A stretch of 63,926 nt of DNA, counting the filler, from an uncultured bacterium (GTDB lineage: Bacteria; CAZSTA01): assembly GCA_964609495.1 (NCBI GenBank). It is 8 parts of 8 records of this genome, joined end to end, with 100 filler letters (N's around TTAATTAATTAA, not from the genome) between each part and the next. Parts side by side here need not be neighbours in the genome. Positions count along the whole stretch, not along the records: positions 53,441 to 62,132 come from CAZSTA010000163.1; positions 62,233 to 63,926 come from CAZSTA010000342.1; 6 more parts are not named here. One strand, 5' to 3'. This document shows, in pieces, positions 58,532 to 63,926 of this stretch (within the stretch, counting starts at the first letter, position 1; the number at the start of each line of letters is the position of its first letter). The notes under the pieces were generated by a model, which had not been told where the DNA came from, made no database searches, and saw only the letters and a program-made list of their open reading frames with translations. The position numbers and the translations under genes were made by a program.

Positions 58532-59671
58532 ATGAAGCTCTTTAGAAGATGCTTAATATTGTTTTTTCTGATATTCATCTTCACTATGTGGAGATGTGCC
58601 ACCAACCTAGAGAACACTGAAGCTCAAAATCTGGTAAGAGGCCCTTATCTACAATCTGTAACTGAAAGCTCAATTGTGATCTGTTGGGAAACCGATATAG
58701 CTGGATATGGTCAGTTAGAACACGGTTTAACTGATAGCTATGGTTATATCGCCAGACCTTCCGAGATAAGCAAGAGATATGAGATCACCCTAACTGATCT
58801 CGAACCCTATACCACCTATCACTATCGAATTAGAGGCAATGAAAAGATATTAACTGAGGATAGCACCTTCAAAACTTCTGCTTCATCCGAACAAACATCC
58901 TTTAACTTCGTAGCCTATGGGGATACGCGTAGAGTATCAGGTCTCCCAGCTTTCTTAGCTGTTATCGATCATCGAGAGGTAGCTAACTTAATAAGCTCGC
59001 TTAATCCAGATTTCTACCTTCATACTGGCGATCTTGTGAACAATGGTCTTTCTCTGGCGGAGTGGAACGAGTTCTTCGAGATAGAGGGAAAAGTTTTAAA
59101 AAAGATGCCCCTCTTTCCCACACTCGGCAATCATGAGAGGAATAGCTCCCTCTACTTCGATCTTTTCCACCTTCCTAACAACGAGAGATGGTATTCCTTC
59201 GACTATGGAAATGCACATTTCGTTTGCCTCCAGGTAGATGGATATGCAAGGTTCGATCGAGAAAGCGAGCAGTATAAATGGCTGAAGAGCGACCTTGCTA
59301 AAACGAATAAATTATGGAAATTTGTCTTCTTTCACTTGCCCGTTTACAGCTCTGGGCCTCATGGTTGCTCCGAGAAGATGATAAGAGATGTTCGAGAGAT
59401 TTTAAAACCCATTTTCGAGCAATATGGAGTTGATATCGTCCTTAGTGGTCATGATCATACCTATGAGAGAAGCCTGGTAAATGGCGTAAACTATATTGTT
59501 ACCGGAGGTGGAGGGGCGGAGTTATATAGTTCGAAGTGCGATAATAAGTATCAAGTTCACTTCGAAAAGGTGCATCATTGTGTCTTAATCTCGATAGAGG
59601 GCAATTCGCTGACCTGTGTAGGAATTAGACCCGATGGGACAAGATTTGATCTTTTCAATTTGGTGAAATGA
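58532..59671 (+). CDS. Secreted purple-acid-phosphatase-like metallophosphoesterase with an N-terminal FN3 domain
   Basis: RGPYLQ, LEPYTTYHYR, YGD, HTGDLV, GNHE, HLP and SGHDHTYER motifs. Confidence 0.9.
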   Translation: MKLFRRCLILFFLIFIFTMWRCATNLENTEAQNLVRGPYLQSVTESSIVICWETDIAGYGQLEHGLTDSYGYIARPSEISKRYEITLTDLEPYTTYHYRIRGNEKILTEDSTFKTSASSEQTSFNFVAYGDTRRVSGLPAFLAVIDHREVANLISSLNPDFYLHTGDLVNNGLSLAEWNEFFEIEGKVLKKMPLFPTLGNHERNSSLYFDLFHLPNNERWYSFDYGNAHFVCLQVDGYARFDRESEQYKWLKSDLAKTNKLWKFVFFHLPVYSSGPHGCSEKMIRDVREILKPIFEQYGVDIVLSGHDHTYERSLVNGVNYIVTGGGGAELYSSKCDNKYQVHFEKVHHCVLISIEGNSLTCVGIRPDGTRFDLFNLVK

Positions 59672-59701
59672 ATAAGGGGATAATATGATTGGAGGAGTCA
59701 G

Positions 59702-60004
59702 ATGCCATTGTTACAGGAGAAGGCGATAGTGCTTGATCCAAAGGATAATGTGGCTACCGCCAAAGTTGAGATAAAAGCTGGAGCGGTCATAATTGGAGAT
59801 GAGGGAAGAGAGATCAAGATACTGGAGGATATACCTTTTGCTCATAAATTCGCTTTAGAGGATATACCCTCTGGAGAACCGATCATAAAGTATGGTCAAA
59901 CGATCGGAAGAGCTATACAGGATATTAAAGTCGGGGAGTTGATCCATATTCATAACTTAGAGAGTCTTAGAGGTAGAGGGGATAAGAAGATTATAACTTC
60001 TTAG
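59702..60004 (+). CDS. UxaA-family dehydratase small (SAF) subunit
   Basis: DNVATA, IPFAHKFAL, IIKYG and IHIHNL motifs. Confidence 0.9.
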   Translation: MPLLQEKAIVLDPKDNVATAKVEIKAGAVIIGDEGREIKILEDIPFAHKFALEDIPSGEPIIKYGQTIGRAIQDIKVGELIHIHNLESLRGRGDKKIITS

Positions 60005-60020
60005 AAAGGAAATAAGGGAG

Positions 60021-61178
60021 ATGGATTTGAAGGGATTTATAAGACCTGATGGCTCCATAGGATTTCGCAACCATCTGCTTGTTCTTCCCTCAGTTGCTTG
60101 TTCCACCCATGTGGCGAGTATGATCGGGAAGCATCACAAGGACGTCGTCTCGATCATCCATCAGCATGGGTGCGCCCAGGTAGGGGAGGATAGGGAGCAG
60201 ACTGCTCGAACTCTGATCGGGATCGGTCGGAATCCGAATGTAGGAGCGGTATTAGTCGTCGGATTGGGATGCGAGACTATATCGGCTAAGTATATAGCGG
60301 AGGAGATAGCTAGCACTGGAAAGCCGGTGGAGATGGTAATTGTTCAGGAGGCGGGAGGAACTGGAAGGGCAACTGAATTGGGAAACAATAAAGTTCGCTT
60401 ATTATTAGAAGATATAACAAGTCTTGAGAGAGAGCCAGTCGGATGGGAAGCGGTGATCCTAGGGACTAAGTGCGGTGGGTCCGATGCTTGCTCCGGATTA
60501 TCGGCTAATCCCGCCGTGGGCTTTGTCTCCGATCGCGTAGTTGAGGCAGGAGGAACAGTTATCTTAGCGGAGACAACAGAGTTTATCGGTGCCGAGCATC
60601 TTTTAATGGAACGCGCGGCGAATGAAGAGATCGGAAGAGAGATAGAGAAGATAGTGACTAAGGTTGAGCAAAGGGCGTTCTCGTTGGGAGTGGATATCAG
60701 AGGAGCTAATCCTACTCCGGGCAATATCGAAGGTGGGATCACCACCATTGAGGAGAAATCCCTAGGGTGTATTCGCAAGGGAGGAACTACCCCTATTAAT
60801 GAAGTATTAAGATACGCTCAGAAGCCTACTAAAAGAGGATTAGTGGTTATGGATACCCCTGGTAATGATGTGGAAACAGTCACCGGTATAACTGCTGGAG
60901 GTGCTCAAGTCGTGATCTTTACCACCGGTCGGGGAACTCCGCTCGGCTCTCCCATCGCTCCAGTGATAAAAGTAGCTACTAATACTCAGATGTATGAGCG
61001 GATGAAGGATAATATGGATATTAACGCCGGAACTATCATAGATGGAATGGATACTATAGAGCAGGTGGGGAATGAAATCTGGAATAAACTCATAGCTGTG
61101 CTTAACGGAGAGGAGACAAGGACTGAGTATTGGGGGCATCGCGAGTTCGGCATAAATAGGCTTAGCTCTTCCTTCTAA
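60021..61178 (+). CDS. UxaA-family dehydratase large subunit (altronate dehydratase/SuyB-like)
   Basis: HQHGC, GLGCE, KCGGSD, NPTPGNIEGGITTIEEKSLG and FTTGRG motifs. Confidence 0.9.
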   Translation: MDLKGFIRPDGSIGFRNHLLVLPSVACSTHVASMIGKHHKDVVSIIHQHGCAQVGEDREQTARTLIGIGRNPNVGAVLVVGLGCETISAKYIAEEIASTGKPVEMVIVQEAGGTGRATELGNNKVRLLLEDITSLEREPVGWEAVILGTKCGGSDACSGLSANPAVGFVSDRVVEAGGTVILAETTEFIGAEHLLMERAANEEIGREIEKIVTKVEQRAFSLGVDIRGANPTPGNIEGGITTIEEKSLGCIRKGGTTPINEVLRYAQKPTKRGLVVMDTPGNDVETVTGITAGGAQVVIFTTGRGTPLGSPIAPVIKVATNTQMYERMKDNMDINAGTIIDGMDTIEQVGNEIWNKLIAVLNGEETRTEYWGHREFGINRLSSSF

Positions 61179-61385
61179 ATTGAAGAGGTTGAATTTGGTT
61201 ATGAATATCAAGGGAAGTATATTAGGGATTGCTCTATCCTCTGGTGAAGCAAGAGATAACGATTACAAAAATAGGTGAATATCATTCCTTGCTCTCAGGA
61301 ATCTTCTTCGGACTTTCATTTTCAGAGTTTGTGAATTAGAAAGGGATATAACAAAGATGTAGAGATAATTAAGAAGGGGAAAGCA

Positions 61386-61928
61386 ATGAGATGCCCATCT
61401 TGTAATTTTGATAATAGCCCCGGAGCAAGATTCTGTGAGAACTGCGGGGAGGCATTATTTAAAACTATTGATATTGCCCTTGGGTCTGAATCTGGCTCTT
61501 TTTTTGAGCGTAAGCGTGAACTGAAGCATATATTCTTAAGCTATAGCCATGAAGATATAGACTTTATGCGCCGCTTGAGAGCTGACCTGCGTGCCGAAGG
61601 ACTAGACGTATGGACTGACAAACAAAGGCTGGAGCCAGGTACCCAAATGTGGAGTGAAATCGAGAAGGCGATAGAGAGTGCGGGCTGCATGGTGGTAATC
61701 CTTTCGCCTGATGCTAAGCAATCAGTATCGGTTAAACGAGAATTGATCTACGCGGAGACGTTTGGCGTTCGTATCTTCCCAGTGCTGGCGCGTGGAAATA
61801 AGCGCAACGCAGTTCCCATCACGTTGAGCGATATACTGTGGGTTGATGCGCGCCGTGATAGTGATTATAAAGAGGCGGTGCAGATTCTCTTTGCTGCGCT
61901 GTGTAGATACCTGAATGGGAAAAGCTAA
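61386..61928 (+). CDS. Zinc ribbon + TIR domain protein
   Basis: CPSC...FCENCG; IFLSYSHED, VWTD, EIEKAI, VILSPD and VKREL. Confidence 0.88.
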   Translation: MRCPSCNFDNSPGARFCENCGEALFKTIDIALGSESGSFFERKRELKHIFLSYSHEDIDFMRRLRADLRAEGLDVWTDKQRLEPGTQMWSEIEKAIESAGCMVVILSPDAKQSVSVKRELIYAETFGVRIFPVLARGNKRNAVPITLSDILWVDARRDSDYKEAVQILFAALCRYLNGKS

Positions 61929-62015
61929 GTTTAGGTGGTTAAGTAGTCTCAAAAAAGTTTCTAGCTATTTCGTCTGAGATGTTCAAGAGCAAATTAGGTC
62001 TTGAACTCGCCTTAA

Positions 62016-62091
62016 ATAAAGGGATTTTTTGCTTTGAACAAAACTCAAGGTTCAAAAGTTTCCTTTATACCCTCCCCTAACCCCTCCCGTC
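62016..62091. repeat. Partial composite REP element (hairpin module + REP-A half) at the contig end
   Basis: AACAAAACTCAAGGTTCAAAAGTTTCCTTTA..CCCTCCCCTAACCCCTCCC shared with 17761-17836. Confidence 0.8.
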
Positions 62092-62232
62092 TTGGTTCTT
62101 GCTGAATTAATAAGGTTATCAAAGAATCTTGTNNNNNNNNNNNNNNNNNNNNNNNNNNNNNNNNNNNNNNNNNNNNTTAATTAATTAANNNNNNNNNNNN
62201 NNNNNNNNNNNNNNNNNNNNNNNNNNNNNNNN

Positions 62233-63925
62233 AGGTCCCCTGATCTTTTTGGATCGTCCCCAAATTATGGAGGGAGCCAGCGATTCCGCTCTTATCTCCT
62301 AACTGTCTTGCCATACGCAAGCTCTCCTCATAGAGCTTCTTCGCATCCTCACAGTTCCCCTGCTGATAGTGGATATTACCCAAATTATGGAGGGAGCCAG
62401 CGATTCCGCTCTTATCCCCTAACTGTCTTGCTATCCGCAAGCTCTCCTCATAGAGCTTCTCCGACTCCTTATAGTTGCCCTGATCCTGCTTGATCACTCC
62501 TAGATGATGAAGAGCCGCGGCTTTTATTTTCCCTTCGTTTGTCTCAATAGTCTCCTCATTCAATCCCCTTATAAGATCATAGTATCCCCAACGCAATAGA
62601 GGTGGCATCAAATCATCTGCTACTAATTCCCCAGCTCTATCATACTCCTTCACCTCGAAGTAGAACCGCCTTGCCTCTAAATAATCAGCGATATCGTGCG
62701 ACTCATTCCTACCCCTATATAAATATATCTCCGCCGCTCTGATCTTAGCCTCCTTAATTCCTTCCTCTCCCTCAACTTCCACCAGCTTCCTGTATCCAAA
62801 CTTTCGAGTAGTGCTATGCATCTCGTAGGAGTTATCCGCAACCCTCACTAACAAACTCTTCTGTATCAAGGAAGCTATCTTCTCATCATCTCCTCCCTGC
62901 TTTACCAAGAAATTCTGATCGATCGGCAATCTATATACCGAAGTTCGGCGGAAGAACGTCCTGGTATCATCATCGGGCAGGAGATCATACAACCTATTCA
63001 ACATCGCCACTTCCTCGAACTTGCCCTGAACATCCTTATCTATATCGACCAACACACTACTCAAGGGGATATTCCCTGCCAACCCCACCACCAGGTCGAT
63101 CACATAGGGATTCCCTCCAGCAGATTTATAGACCTCGAGCTTATCACTCGGATCAGCTCCTCGCAAGGCGGGAATGTTATCCATCATCCGCAAAACCTCG
63201 CTCTCGCTCAGCTCAGGGAGCTTGATCCGCTCTATCATCGCCTGATAACGATCATCCCTCGTGAAATCGAAATCATAACGGCTGGTGATTACCACTCGGC
63301 TCTCCTTTAGATTGGTCGTCAGTAGCTCCAAGAGATGTCTCACCAGTTCATCGCGAATCTTATGCTCATCACCCTCGATATCGAGCATATCCTCGAAGTT
63401 ATCGAAGATGAGGAGATATCTTCTTTTATCCAATATTGATGGCAGATACTCGATCTTCGCTTGGAGATCCAAGTCTGTCTGCATTATCCTCGTCAGCGTA
63501 TCATCTCCATTGAGCGTCAGGAAGGTATTCAATTCCAGTAATATCTCCTCGGCGGAAAAACCCCTTCGGCAATCGAGGGTCACCCCAGCATAGAACTGAT
63601 CCTCACTCCTAAGGCTATTGCTCATCTGTTCCCACACCTGAGCGACCAAGCTCGACTTCCCAATACCCGCGGGACCTAATATCATTAGGCAACGCGCCTC
63701 TCCCCCTCGGAGTGCCTTTCGCAACCTCCTGACCTCAAGCTGTCTTCCCACGAATCTATCCCCTAGCTGTGGCAGGTTGACCTTGCTCATACCCTTGGGA
63801 GGCTTCTCTGGAATCTGGAGCGGGGCCTTCGTATCAACATCTAATATCTTCACCTCAGGAGAGGATAGAATCAGAACAGGAATGCCCCAATCGGGTCGTC
63901 CCTCTCCTTTGTCCCTCATCGTCAG
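62233..63925 (-). CDS. CHAT(tail)-STAND ATPase-TPR protein, truncated at both ends
   Basis: Frame open to the window end; DWGIPVL (CHAT C-terminal motif), FVGRQLE, GPAGIGKS, LIFDNFE, ITSR, GGNPY and 40-aa TPRs. Confidence 0.85.
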
Positions 63926-63926
63926 T

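Noticed and set aside
61386-63926. TIR gene and STAND-TPR gene as one defence operon
   Set aside because: Separated by a contig linker; no evidence of linkage
1-63926. tRNA, rRNA, riboswitch, prophage or transposase genes
   Set aside because: None recognised by eye; tRNAscan-SE and Infernal would be needed to exclude small RNAs

Overview
This window is not one locus. It is eight unrelated contigs of a fragmented assembly (probably a MAG), joined by N44-TTAATTAATTAA-N44 linkers: 1-8966, 9067-18008, 18109-26890 (with an internal 100-N gap), 26991-35727, 35828-44536, 44637-53340, 53441-62132 and 62233-63926. The complete contigs decrease steadily in length, so adjacency across a linker means nothing. 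The organism looks like an anaerobic, sugar-fermenting, probably diderm bacterium: sugar and peptide ABC transporters, PfkB kinases, buk and ptb, hisG, dnaG, accA, pheA, comEA/comEC, a wecB/glycosyltransferase cluster and an outer-membrane beta-barrel. The main signal is a high density of innate-immunity-like proteins. (i) A two-gene operon encodes a membrane receptor (signal peptide, 21 Asp-box beta-propeller blades, one TM helix, cytoplasmic STAND ATPase) directly abutting a STAND-CHAT caspase-like protease. (ii) A CHAT protease sits next to a small Pepco/Trypco-like protein with candidate Arg-Gly cleavage sites. (iii) There is also a CHAT-STAND-TPR fragment, a secreted C14 caspase, a zinc-ribbon-TIR protein and a HEPN pair. 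Non-coding structure is rich: a REP-doublet family, a 133-bp MITE with target-site duplications (one copy inserted into a REP), an S9 peptidase cassette flanked by a 120-bp direct repeat, and several gene remnants. All calls come from reading motifs by eye. No database searches were run.
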